Source of the DNA: Ignavibacteria bacterium
GTDB taxonomy: Bacteria > Bacteroidota > Ignavibacteria > Tepidaquicellales > OLB5
NCBI GenBank assembly: GCA_049516635.1
Contig: JBEKSX010000008.1
Span: 1 to 57,791, forward strand
Reading direction: 5' to 3'
DNA length: 57,791 nt
The translations under genes and the position numbers were made by a program. Every line of letters starts with the position of its first letter. The stretch's first letter is position 1. Positions 37,442 to 47,454 of the stretch are shown here, in pieces. Under the pieces are notes generated by a model that did not search any database, was not told where the DNA came from, and was given only the letters and a program-made list of their open reading frames with translations.

Positions 37442-39274
37442 TTACTTCATTGTGTTAAATAGATTCTTCAATATATCTTTATCTTTATCCGAATAATAAT
37501 ACCCGTCATTTTCGAGCCTGGAAATTCCATCCATTCCGTCTTTAAGTGCAGGTTCAATTTCAACCGCTGTTTCTAAGTATTTTCGAGCGTTACCCTGATC
37601 GTTCTTTTCAAAATAGACCATGGAAATAGCTAAAATTGCATCCCAATTTTTCGGGTTCTTCGCCAGGCATTGATTATATTTTTGAATTGCAGCATCAAGA
37701 TCATTTTTTTCGAAATAGCAATCCCCGATGAAGTCATTAGCTCCGTCATAATCGGGTTTCAGCTCGAGGACTTTATTGAACTCCTCAATAGCGGGGTCGT
37801 ATTGCTTCATAATGAATAATATGTTTCCTTTTGCATATATTGCGTCCGAATAAGCGGAATCAATTTTAATTGCGTTATTAAAATCATCGAGTGCACCGGA
37901 ATAATCTTTCCCCATATATTTAGCGTTACCGCGGTTGAAATATGCAATAGTATAGTCGGGTTTCAATTCCACTGCTCTTGAAAAGTCCTCATCAGCACCA
38001 ACAGAGTTCGTAGAGTTTAATCTGGTAAGCCCCCTGTTATTATACGCAACGGCATAGTTCGAGTCGATTTTAATTGCCTGGTCGTAATCGGTCATGGCTC
38101 CCTTATAGTCCTGTAAATTTACTTTTGCAAGCCCCCGGTTATTGTATGCTTCTGCATAATCCTGCTTTAGATCGATCGCTTTGTTAAAATCGGAAATTGC
38201 TCCCTGAAAATCCTGTAAATTTTCCTTTGTTAATCCTCTGTTATTGAATGCTTCGGCATAGTAAGGTTTAAAATGGATCGCTTTATTGAAATCATGAATG
38301 GCATTATCATAATCCTGCAGATTATCTTTTGTTAAACCCCGGTTGTTATAAGCTTCAGAATAATCATGTCTGATTTCGATAGCTTTATCGTAATCTGCCA
38401 GTGCATCTGTAAATTCCAGCAGAATGTCCTTTAGCAGTCCGCGGTTATTGTATGCTTCCGCAAAATCAGAATTTAACTGAATTGCTTTATTGTAATCTGA
38501 TAAAGCTCCGCTGTAATCCTGCAATGAAGCCTCCGCCAAACCTCTATTGTTATAAGCTTCCGCATAATCCGGTTTCAGTTGTATTGCTTTATCATAATTA
38601 GAAATTGCATTTTTGTAATCTTTCAGGTTGTCATCGGCTAAGCCCCGGTTATTGTATGCTTCTGCAAAGTTCGGATTGATAGAAACCGCCTCGTCGAAGT
38701 CTGCATAAGCTTCCCTGAAATCCTGCAGGTTATCCTTAGTTATTCCGCGGTTATTATAAGCTTCTGCATAATCTTTTTTTAATTCGATCGCTTTGTCATA
38801 ATCTTTCAGAGCTTCCTCGAAATCCTGAAAGCATGCTTTCACAATACCCCTGTTATTATAAGCTTCAGCGAAATCAGGTTTCAATTTAATTGCCTTGTTG
38901 AAATCCGAGAGAGCCCCATGATAATCCTGCAGTCTGTTCTTTGATATACCCCTATTATTATAAGCCTCCGCAAAATTAGTATCCAGTCCGATTGCATTGT
39001 TGAAGTCGGCTATCGAGCCGTGGTAGTGATGCAGATTACATTTTGCCAGACCCCTATAATTATAAGCTTCAGCATTATCGGGTTTTAATTCGATTGCTTT
39101 GCTGTAATCAGTTATAGCATCCTTATAATTTCCTGCGCTATTTTCCTGATTTCCTTTGGAAATGAGATCATTCACCGTTTGAGATCTTATTGAGTCCGTA
39201 AAAGAATAAGCAAATAAAGCCAGTGATATTATAATAAGATACTTCATTTTAATATTTTTAATAAATGTCTGCAA
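37442..39274 (-). CDS. secreted TPR-repeat protein (~16 tandem 34-aa repeats)
   Basis: Repeating AEAYNNRGL.K..LQDY.GA..D..KAI.L.PD units. The likely true start is ATG at 39247 (MKYLIIISLALFA), not the TTG at 39274. Confidence 0.8.
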   Translation of the reverse strand: MQTFIKNIKMKYLIIISLALFAYSFTDSIRSQTVNDLISKGNQENSAGNYKDAITDYSKAIELKPDNAEAYNYRGLAKCNLHHYHGSIADFNNAIGLDTNFAEAYNNRGISKNRLQDYHGALSDFNKAIKLKPDFAEAYNNRGIVKACFQDFEEALKDYDKAIELKKDYAEAYNNRGITKDNLQDFREAYADFDEAVSINPNFAEAYNNRGLADDNLKDYKNAISNYDKAIQLKPDYAEAYNNRGLAEASLQDYSGALSDYNKAIQLNSDFAEAYNNRGLLKDILLEFTDALADYDKAIEIRHDYSEAYNNRGLTKDNLQDYDNAIHDFNKAIHFKPYYAEAFNNRGLTKENLQDFQGAISDFNKAIDLKQDYAEAYNNRGLAKVNLQDYKGAMTDYDQAIKIDSNYAVAYNNRGLTRLNSTNSVGADEDFSRAVELKPDYTIAYFNRGNAKYMGKDYSGALDDFNNAIKIDSAYSDAIYAKGNILFIMKQYDPAIEEFNKVLELKPDYDGANDFIGDCYFEKNDLDAAIQKYNQCLAKNPKNWDAILAISMVYFEKNDQGNARKYLETAVEIEPALKDGMDGISRLENDGYYYSDKDKDILKNLFNTMK

Positions 39275-39471
39275 ACTGTTTTGTTAAATTGCTTTAAAGG
39301 TATATTAATTTTGAACCTGTATTTGTTTAAAACACAATGTTAAATATAAATATATGGAATTCCTCGGTCAAGTCTAATTACATTTATTTACATTATTTTA
39401 AAATTCATTTAAATAAATTACAGCTTTGCATATTAACTTACTTATAATTTTATAATTAAATGCAGGAATAA

Positions 39472-41991
39472 ATGTTGTGTAATTTTCCCGGTAAAAAAGG
39501 TTGTTCACCCGCTGTTGTAGTGATCTTGCTGTTTTGTTTATTTTCTGCGGGTGTACACGCGCAGAACAGGCGAGAACACAATGGAAATTTTCAAGGAAGA
39601 AATTTCCCGGGCAGCATTACGGGTACTGTCCTGGACAGCAGCGGAAATTCTCCCCTAGAGGGTGCGGCAGTGAGAATATCAAGGATAGGCAGTGATAGTT
39701 CGCGTGCCAGAGGGAATTACACGGATGAAAAAGGGAATTTTACTATTAAGGTACCTTACGGAACGTATAAGATTACGGTTACATATACAGGATATAATAA
39801 ATATATAGCTGATTCAGTAGAGGTGTCATCATCCAAACCTGAAGCAAGCCTTGAAAAAATAAAGCTTTCAATGTCAAATATTTCCACCGAAGAAATTGAG
39901 GTCGAAAGCCAGAAGCCCGTTATGGAGATCACCCCTGAGAAAAAAGTGGTTAACGTAGAAAATACGATAATCACTAAAGGTGAAACAGTGATCGATCTTC
40001 TTAAGAAAATTCCGCTTGTTCAGGTTGATAACAACAATAACGTTATGATGAGAGGCAGTGCGAACGTGAAGCTCCTCATAAACGGGAAGGAATCGGCAAT
40101 GACAGACTATCTTGACCAGATGCCCGCAGAGATGGTGCAGGATATAGAACTGATAACAAATCCCCCTGCGAAATACGAATCCGAGGGACAGGCAGGGTTG
40201 ATAAACATTGTTTTGAAAGAGAATGCTAATAAAGGTATAAACGGAGGGATTACTTTAAGTGCCGCTACAAGTGACAGGTACAACGGATCGGTGAACTTTA
40301 ACATGAGGAAGGGTAATTTTACTATACTGGGTAACCTGTATTACGGAACAAACTACAATACCTCAACTTCTTCGAACAATCTTGTAAATACTTTAAATAC
40401 ACTGTCGTATACAAACCAGAATGACTTTACCGCAAATAAGAGGAGATTTGAGTATTTCAACGGGGGATTTGAGTACATGTTCAGTAAGGAACATTCTCTC
40501 AATTTTCAGGGCTTTTACGGATATGGTAAAACTAACGGAAGCGATTACGGGCAGAACTATTTGCTGGACAGCGTACAAAGCTTATATGAATATTATACGA
40601 AGAATAATTTCACGGACGGTTCCGGCAAGCGTTACCACCTATCGCTTACCTATGACGGGAAATATAAGGACAACGAACAGCTTACGGGTAATGTAACTTT
40701 AACTGGTGGATCAGCTAACAGCACATTGAACCAGACCTTGCATTACTTCGACGGGAATTACATCCCGTTAAATATCTCACCGTATAACGAAGTGGATACG
40801 AGGAACTCCAGCAATTATCATTTCAATACACAGCTGGATTATGTGAAACCGTTTTCCAAAGAATCAAAGCTCGAAGCCGGATATAAAGGAGTGATCCGCT
40901 CAAGCGATAACAATCTTGTAGCGGATACGATGAACTACAATACGAACCAGTACACCGAAAATCTTGGGACGAGCAATCATTTTATTTACAAAGAACAAAT
41001 ATATGCGCTTTATGCCGAATACGGCAACGCAATAGGTAATTTCAGCTTTAAGCTCGGATTACGGGGCGAGCAGACGTTCACAAAGGGAGACCTGGTAAAT
41101 ACCGATACTGTATTTACCACGAAATATTTTGACCTCTTCCCGACATTAAATCTTGCTCAAAAGCTGGGTGAAGTGGAACAGATACAGGCAAGCTACAGCA
41201 GAAGGATAAACAGGCCTAATAACTTCAGGTTAAATCCTTTTGTTAACCGGGCTAACCCGCAAAACATAGTTTACGGAAACCCGCACCTGAAGCCTCAGTA
41301 CACAGATTCGTATGAGCTGAATTTTGTAACAACACTCGGTACGTCATCCGTAACCCCGTCATTGTTCCTGAGACGTACGCACGATCTTATGACAAGATAC
41401 GTTGTCCAGACAGACAGCAATATCACAGTATCTACATTCCAGAACTTCTCAAGCTCGACGTCATACGGAATTGATCTGATAATGAGCACATCGATATTCA
41501 AATGGTGGATGCTGAATGCAACACTGAGCTACTACAGATTATCATTTGACGGAGGCAACATAGATAATTTTGCCACCCCGTCAGGATATTCGTTCAGGGG
41601 AAATTTTTCCACTATAGTGACCCTTCCAAAGCTATTCGATTTCCAGATGTTCTATAATTACCAGGGGAAAAAATTTACTTCGCAGGGTACAATTGATCCC
41701 AGACAATCGCTTGACGTCGGAATCAGTAAAACATTTTTTGATAATTCGCTGACGGTTCTCCTGAAAGCCAACGATATTTTCAAAACTTTAAATAATAACA
41801 GTTACATGGCAGGTCTCGGATTTATAGAAAACAGTACGGGCAGCTACAATTCCCGGAATGTGCAGTTGACCGTTACCTACAAATTCGGCAACAATGATAA
41901 GCGTCAGCAAAGAAAGAGGATGAATAATGATAAAAATAAAAATAATGAGGATGAGCAGAACGATGATAACATAGAGGACGAAGGGGAATGA
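39472..41991 (+). CDS. TonB-dependent-receptor-like outer-membrane beta-barrel protein with carboxypeptidase-regulatory-like N-domain
   Basis: 839 aa with signal peptide. GTVLDSSGNSPLEGAAVRI (CarbopepD_reg-like). Plug-like DLLKKIPLVQVDNNNNVMMRGS. Long alternating beta-strand region ending QLTVTYKFG, followed by a ~30-aa charged tail. Confidence 0.75.
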   Translation: MLCNFPGKKGCSPAVVVILLFCLFSAGVHAQNRREHNGNFQGRNFPGSITGTVLDSSGNSPLEGAAVRISRIGSDSSRARGNYTDEKGNFTIKVPYGTYKITVTYTGYNKYIADSVEVSSSKPEASLEKIKLSMSNISTEEIEVESQKPVMEITPEKKVVNVENTIITKGETVIDLLKKIPLVQVDNNNNVMMRGSANVKLLINGKESAMTDYLDQMPAEMVQDIELITNPPAKYESEGQAGLINIVLKENANKGINGGITLSAATSDRYNGSVNFNMRKGNFTILGNLYYGTNYNTSTSSNNLVNTLNTLSYTNQNDFTANKRRFEYFNGGFEYMFSKEHSLNFQGFYGYGKTNGSDYGQNYLLDSVQSLYEYYTKNNFTDGSGKRYHLSLTYDGKYKDNEQLTGNVTLTGGSANSTLNQTLHYFDGNYIPLNISPYNEVDTRNSSNYHFNTQLDYVKPFSKESKLEAGYKGVIRSSDNNLVADTMNYNTNQYTENLGTSNHFIYKEQIYALYAEYGNAIGNFSFKLGLRGEQTFTKGDLVNTDTVFTTKYFDLFPTLNLAQKLGEVEQIQASYSRRINRPNNFRLNPFVNRANPQNIVYGNPHLKPQYTDSYELNFVTTLGTSSVTPSLFLRRTHDLMTRYVVQTDSNITVSTFQNFSSSTSYGIDLIMSTSIFKWWMLNATLSYYRLSFDGGNIDNFATPSGYSFRGNFSTIVTLPKLFDFQMFYNYQGKKFTSQGTIDPRQSLDVGISKTFFDNSLTVLLKANDIFKTLNNNSYMAGLGFIENSTGSYNSRNVQLTVTYKFGNNDKRQQRKRMNNDKNKNNEDEQNDDNIEDEGE

Positions 41992-42271
41992 ATTATATAA
42001 CAAATAGCAGATACCGGGAATAAATCATACTATTTAATCTTTATAATACATAGATTTGGGCACTCAAATTCAGGCGGTAAGGTAAATGCAATTGGTGCCG
42101 CACCTTCGCATTTTATAGTTAGGGTTTGCTGTATAAACGGATCATCGATATTCGGGTTGAACTGCAAATAATTCAGAAAGCCTTCTAGACCTGCGGCACT
42201 TAGCTTCGAACGTTAGCGGCAAGCACAGGAATGACAAAACATCAATAAGCAGATTTAACTATAAATAACAA

Positions 42272-43069
42272 ATGACCATCGTAGAAACAAAGAAACTAAC
42301 ACGCAAATTCGGTTCTTACAAAGCGGTTGATTCGTTAGATATTAATGTTGAAGCGGGAGAGGCTTTTGCATTGCTGGGTCCTAACGGAGCGGGCAAAACA
42401 ACCGCAATTAAAATGCTTACCACGCTTCTTCCTGTTACCTCAGGTGAGGCATTCATTTGCGGATTCAATGTCACCACGCAGGCGAATAAAGTAAGAAGAG
42501 TGATCGGATATGTGCCGCAGATGATATCTGTTGACGGTACACTTACGGGTGAGGAAAATCTTTTACTGTTTGCCCGGCTATACGATATTCCTTCAAAAGA
42601 ATGCAAGCCGCGTGTATTAGATTCATTATCTTTTATGGGACTGAGCGATGCAGCTAAAAAGCAGGTACATGAATATTCCGGCGGAATGATAAGAAGGCTC
42701 GAGATTGCTCAATCCATGTTACACCGTCCCGTGGTTTTATTTTTAGATGAACCTACTGTTGGTCTTGACCCAATTGCCTGTAAAACGGTTTGGGAACATA
42801 TACTTCAATTGAAAAAAGAATACAACACAACCATTCTAATGACCACGCATATCATGGATGAAGCAGAACATTTATGCAATCGTATTGCCTTTATGTCGCG
42901 CGGTAAATTAGTTGCTTGTGGTACGGCACAGGAATTAAAAAACTCCATTAATAAACCGAACTCAACTTTAGAGGATGCATTTATACATTATACTTCCGAA
43001 ACATTATCGGAAGAAAGCAACTATAGAAATATTTCAAGAGAAAGAAAAACTGCGAAAAGATTAGGATAA
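42272..43069 (+). CDS. ABC transporter ATP-binding protein (ABC-2/DrrA-like)
   Basis: Walker A is GPNGAGKTT. Signature is YSGGMIRRLEIA. Walker B is VLFLDEPTVGLD. Confidence 0.9.
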   Translation: MTIVETKKLTRKFGSYKAVDSLDINVEAGEAFALLGPNGAGKTTAIKMLTTLLPVTSGEAFICGFNVTTQANKVRRVIGYVPQMISVDGTLTGEENLLLFARLYDIPSKECKPRVLDSLSFMGLSDAAKKQVHEYSGGMIRRLEIAQSMLHRPVVLFLDEPTVGLDPIACKTVWEHILQLKKEYNTTILMTTHIMDEAEHLCNRIAFMSRGKLVACGTAQELKNSINKPNSTLEDAFIHYTSETLSEESNYRNISRERKTAKRLG

Positions 43070-43073
43070 ATCA

Positions 43074-43835
43074 ATGAGACAATTTATCAGGAAAACATGG
43101 GTAATTGCTGATTTTGAAATCAGGAAAATATTGCATGACCCGACAGAAGTGTTTACGCGTGCTGTACAGCCGGCATTGTGGCTATTGGTTTTCGGGCAGG
43201 TAATGGCCCGTACAAGAATGCTTCCCGGAGAAAATTATCTTGATTTTATGTCACCGGGTGTTTTAGCGCAAAGTGTTTTGTTTGTTTCTATTTTTTATGG
43301 CATCGCTATTATCTGGGAAAGAGATTTAGGACTCACACATAAATTTCTTGCAACACCTACTCCCCGCACAGCCCTTGTACTTGGCAAAGCAATATCTGCC
43401 GGCATTCGCTGCATTCCGTTAATGTTTATCATTTATATTCTTGCGGAATTACTATCGGTAAATGTTTTATGGAGCCCGGTTAACATCATCGGAGAACTAT
43501 TCTTATTGCTTCTGGGCGCTATGCTTTTTTCCACCTTTTCTCTTATTATTGCCTGTTTGGTAAAAACCCGTGAACGGTTCATGGGAATAGGTCAGCTTAT
43601 GACCATGCCGTTATTCTTTGCCAGCAATGCAATCTATCCAATAGACATTATGCCCGGATGGCTTAAAATAATTTCTCATTTCAATCCGCTTACTTATATG
43701 ATTGACGGGATGAGATTGTTAATGATTGGCACGCCTTCCGGTTTTTCATTACTCACTGATTATATTATCCTTGCAATATCATCATCAGTATTTATACTGA
43801 TAGGAGGTAGTTTGTATAAACGGGTTATCATATAG
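43074..43835 (+). CDS. ABC-2 type transporter permease
   Basis: 253 aa with six hydrophobic helices, 4 nt after the ATPase gene. Confidence 0.8.
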   Translation: MRQFIRKTWVIADFEIRKILHDPTEVFTRAVQPALWLLVFGQVMARTRMLPGENYLDFMSPGVLAQSVLFVSIFYGIAIIWERDLGLTHKFLATPTPRTALVLGKAISAGIRCIPLMFIIYILAELLSVNVLWSPVNIIGELFLLLLGAMLFSTFSLIIACLVKTRERFMGIGQLMTMPLFFASNAIYPIDIMPGWLKIISHFNPLTYMIDGMRLLMIGTPSGFSLLTDYIILAISSSVFILIGGSLYKRVII

Positions 43836-43955
43836 TTCTATGCCGGCGAATTACCTATTCAGAGAATACATAATAATGAAATCAAGCAGTATCTTTACAG
43901 CAATTTCTCAAATTATGACCTGACCTTATTTTTAACTTACTTTAGTGATCAATAT

Positions 43956-44636
43956 TTATTTACTAAAAATAAACTTATAAACGATTCCGGCTAATACCGC
44001 ACCAATAATTGGAGCCAAAATAAAAAGCCATAACTGAGACAAAGCCCAACCCCCCACAAATATTGCCTGGCTAATACTTCTTGCAGGATTTACTGAAGTA
44101 TTGGTCACAGGAATACTAATCAGGTGAATCAAGGTCAATCCAAGTCCAATAGCTAATCCAGCGAATCCCTTCGGTGCTCTTTCATCTGTTGCTCCGAGAA
44201 TAATGATTAAAAACATAAAAGTCATCACGACCTCCGAGACCAAAGCTGCAACCAAACTGTATCCTCCGGGTGAATGTTCACCATATCCATTGGCGGCAAA
44301 ATTTCCAATATTACTTCCATTACCTGTAGCTATTACATAAAGAATCGAAGCTGCTGCAATTCCACCGAGAATTTGGGCTGCAATATATGGAAAGAGTTCC
44401 TTTAAGTTAAATCTACCTCCAATCCAGAGTCCAACTGAAACAGCAGGATTAAGGTGAGCACCCGAAATGTGTCCTAAAGCATAAACAATGGTTAACACCG
44501 TTAAACCAAAAGCCATTGCTACTCCAAGCAAACCAATTCCTAATTGCGGAAATGCTGCCGCTAAAACAGCGCTGCCACAACCACCGAGTACTAACCAAAG
44601 AGTTCCAATAAATTCTGCAGTAATTTTTTTAAACAT
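43956..44636 (-). CDS. aqpZ: aquaporin Z
   Basis: 226 aa. Two NPA boxes ([13 protein letters not shown]). N-terminus is [18 protein letters not shown]. Confidence 0.9.
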   Translation of the reverse strand: MFKKITAEFIGTLWLVLGGCGSAVLAAAFPQLGIGLLGVAMAFGLTVLTIVYALGHISGAHLNPAVSVGLWIGGRFNLKELFPYIAAQILGGIAAASILYVIATGNGSNIGNFAANGYGEHSPGGYSLVAALVSEVVMTFMFLIIILGATDERAPKGFAGLAIGLGLTLIHLISIPVTNTSVNPARSISQAIFVGGWALSQLWLFILAPIIGAVLAGIVYKFIFSK

Positions 44637-44885
44637 AATTTCCCCTTTTCTATTTAATTAAATATTTATTTTATACTTAATTTGTATGCATACCAAAATT
44701 AAATTGAAAAACGATTAATATCAACGTAATCTTGTTAAGAACTGATATTATACAAATAAGTGAAATATAAGATAAAATCAAAAAGACATAAAACAGAAAT
44801 AAATAACTATTAGAATAATATTTAGATTATTTGATAAGTTCATTTTCATATATGACAGCAACCAGAATGTCAATAGTATTGGAGC

Positions 44886-45087
44886 GGGAAAAAAGTCATG
44901 ATAAGGTATCAAGGTTTTAGAGAAAAGAAAAGTTAACCAAATGATGAATACCTGGAAAATACCTGATGGTTATTAATTCTCATCTCATTTCGTGGTTCTG
45001 TGTAAAGAAAACGAACTGTTATGTGAACTATCTTTTGACCGCACCGACCAGAAGTGGGAATTGGTGCAGTACGATAATGTGAGTTGA
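44886..45087 (+). pseudogene. decayed copy of the 3' half of the lexA-divergent small gene
   Basis: Aligns with ~28565..28736 and has a ~25-nt insertion. There is an in-frame TAA (ggt tat TAA) where the intact gene has DGDGF. Similarity continues past the stop. Confidence 0.7.
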
Positions 45088-45765
45088 TATAATTAATCAG
45101 TAGTCTCATACTCATCAAATACTTCATCTGCTAAGTAAGCAGATATCTTTCGCTGAAAATTGATTGAAAATGAATAATAAATCGGAACTAGTTACTGGAT
45201 TAGTTACTTTACAAGGCGCAAGATAATTATCTATTAAGGTTATAATAGAGAAGTCCAATAGACCCGAACTTTAACAATTATCGATAGGGGATAGAACACG
45301 TGTAATAAAAAGTACTGATCTTTCATTATATACGTTTCTATCCGTTAAATGTAATTAGATAGAAATTTCAACTTCAAAATACCTTATTTCAGTGAGGATT
45401 AAGTAAAAATATTTGGCTATTTTTGTATATATTTAGGGGTTATCAAAAAGTTAAAAAGCGAGACCGCATCCTCAAAATTCTCTCTTACGGGACTCTGAGA
45501 GAATATTTCTGCAAAGTCCCGAACAATATAACCTGCTGGAATCGGAGGATTATTCATTAAACCGGAAAATATCCCTGATAACATCATTTAATGTAAACCC
45601 CTTACATTAAATATTTCGGCGTTTTATAACATAACGAAAATAATATCAAGACTCATTCTCGAATTTTTATTTCCCTTTCACTTTCTTTACATCAGTTTCA
45701 AACCACAGATCTGACCGGATGGATAATCTATATTTTATACAATCCGATAAATTAATGATAAATAA

Positions 45766-47454
45766 ATGAAAAAACAGAATTTTTTACTTAATTCGATTTT
45801 TATCATCATTATCTATACAATACTAATAACCAGCATAAAAGCACAAGCGCTTCCTTATGCCCGTTCAATTAATAATTATCAAACATCTTATACATCTGGC
45901 AATGATGCATGGTCTACAGCTGCAAGTGAAAAGTTTGTTCACGCTGTCTGGAGCGATGATGGTGATGTAAATCGTGAAATTTACTATAATCAAGATCCGA
46001 TCGGCAACGGAATAGCTGCTATAGACAGTGTTTCACCTAATAAAAATAAGCTGAATGTTCCTTTGACTTCGGATATGAAAGTATACTTCAACCAGAGTAT
46101 GAACCCTGTAACTCTAGACAGTAACGGGATAATATTTTACGGTTCAATGACAGGGAGGAAGCGTGGAACGATCACCTACAACTCGGGAAACAACTCAGTT
46201 CAGATCGTACCCTATACACCATTTAAATACGGAGAAGAGCTGGTAAGCACAACTTTGGATTCGTTGATAAGGACAGGTTCGGGAAGTTCAATTTATCCAT
46301 ATATCTGGAGCTTTATGACCACAGCCAGAGCTTCAAATTTAATATTTAATTCTACCGGCACGGTTGGAGTTGGAAATTATCCCTGGGGAATAGCCGCAGG
46401 TGATTTCGACGGAGACGGCGATCTGGACCTTGCCGTTGCTAACGAAGGTTCAAATAACGTTTCAATATTAAAGAATAACGGGACAGGCACCTTCATCGTA
46501 TCATCTACAGTTGGAGTTGGAGGTAATCCATATGGAATAACAGCAGGTGATTTCGATGGAGACGGCGATCTGGACCTTGCCGTTGCTGACGGCAATTCAA
46601 ATAACGTTTCAATATTAAAGAATAACGGGACAGGCACCTTCATCGTATCATCTACAGTCGGAGTTGGAAGTTATCCATTTGCAATAACCTCAGGTGATCT
46701 CGACGGAGACGGATATTTAGATCTTGCCGTTGCTAACGAAGTTTCAGGCAACGTTTCAATATTAAAGAATAACGGGACAGGCACCTTCACCCTATCATCT
46801 ACAGTCGGAGTTGGAAGTACTCCATTTGGAATAACCGCAGGTGATCTCGACGGTGACGGCGATCTGGACCTTGCCGTTGCTAACGAAGGTTCAAATAACA
46901 TTTCAATATTAAAGAATAACGGGACAGGCACCTTCATCGTATCATCTACAGTCGGAGTTGGAAGTAATCCATTTGCAATAACCTCAGGTGATCTCGACGG
47001 TGACGGCGATCTGGACCTTGCCGTTGTTAACAACGGTTCAAATAACGTTTCAATATTAAAGAATAACGGGACAGGCACCTTCACCGTATCATCTACAGCC
47101 GGAGTTGGAAGTAATCCATATTTAATAACCGCAGGTGATTTCGACGGAGACGGCGATCTGGACCTCGCCGTACCCAATTACAATTCAAATAACGTTTCAA
47201 TATTAAAGAATAACGGGACAGGCACCTTCACCGTATCATCTACAGCCGGAACTGGAAATAATCCGTTGGGAATAGCCACAGGGGATTTTAATAACGATGG
47301 CGTCTTAGACCTTGCCACGGCTAATGGTAATACTAATAACGTATATATCTTAATAAACCTGACTCCCCCTATACTCTTAAGCCCTGCTAATGGCTCTACA
47401 GGTAATTTGAGTGATTCCAGCTTGCTACGGATTCACTGTTTAGTAATCTCATAA
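45766..47454 (+). CDS. FG-GAP/VCBS-repeat protein; probable N-terminal fragment of a disrupted giant adhesin gene
   Basis: 562 aa with signal peptide. Ig-like segment, then seven 49-aa (147-nt) units (GVGSNPFAITSGDLDGDGDLDLAVANEGSNNVSILKNNGTGTF). The ORF ends inside the first Fn3-like unit. Confidence 0.75.
   Translation: MKKQNFLLNSIFIIIIYTILITSIKAQALPYARSINNYQTSYTSGNDAWSTAASEKFVHAVWSDDGDVNREIYYNQDPIGNGIAAIDSVSPNKNKLNVPLTSDMKVYFNQSMNPVTLDSNGIIFYGSMTGRKRGTITYNSGNNSVQIVPYTPFKYGEELVSTTLDSLIRTGSGSSIYPYIWSFMTTARASNLIFNSTGTVGVGNYPWGIAAGDFDGDGDLDLAVANEGSNNVSILKNNGTGTFIVSSTVGVGGNPYGITAGDFDGDGDLDLAVADGNSNNVSILKNNGTGTFIVSSTVGVGSYPFAITSGDLDGDGYLDLAVANEVSGNVSILKNNGTGTFTLSSTVGVGSTPFGITAGDLDGDGDLDLAVANEGSNNISILKNNGTGTFIVSSTVGVGSNPFAITSGDLDGDGDLDLAVVNNGSNNVSILKNNGTGTFTVSSTAGVGSNPYLITAGDFDGDGDLDLAVPNYNSNNVSILKNNGTGTFTVSSTAGTGNNPLGIATGDFNNDGVLDLATANGNTNNVYILINLTPPILLSPANGSTGNLSDSSLLRIHCLVIS

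Noticed and set aside
41992-42271. A 280-nt relatively GC-rich spacer before the ABC transporter, considered as a riboswitch or leader.
   Set aside because: I could recognise no conserved riboswitch core or convincing terminator/antiterminator pair. It may equally be a decayed coding fragment.
45470-45625. Hairpins upstream of the FG-GAP gene: ATTCTCTC/GAGAGAAT, with GGGACT in its loop able to pair with AGTCCC downstream (pseudoknot-like), and ATTTAATGTAA/TTACATTAAAT.
   Set aside because: The stems are short (6-11 bp) in AT-rich DNA and I recognise no known riboswitch or leader motif. Without covariation data this could be chance.
46363-47340. Regularly spaced 147-nt repeats that superficially resemble a CRISPR-like periodic array.
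   Set aside because: The whole period is repeated, so there are no unique spacers. The repeats lie in one long open frame encoding FG-GAP/VCBS units and lack a palindromic short repeat. This is a coding tandem repeat, not CRISPR.
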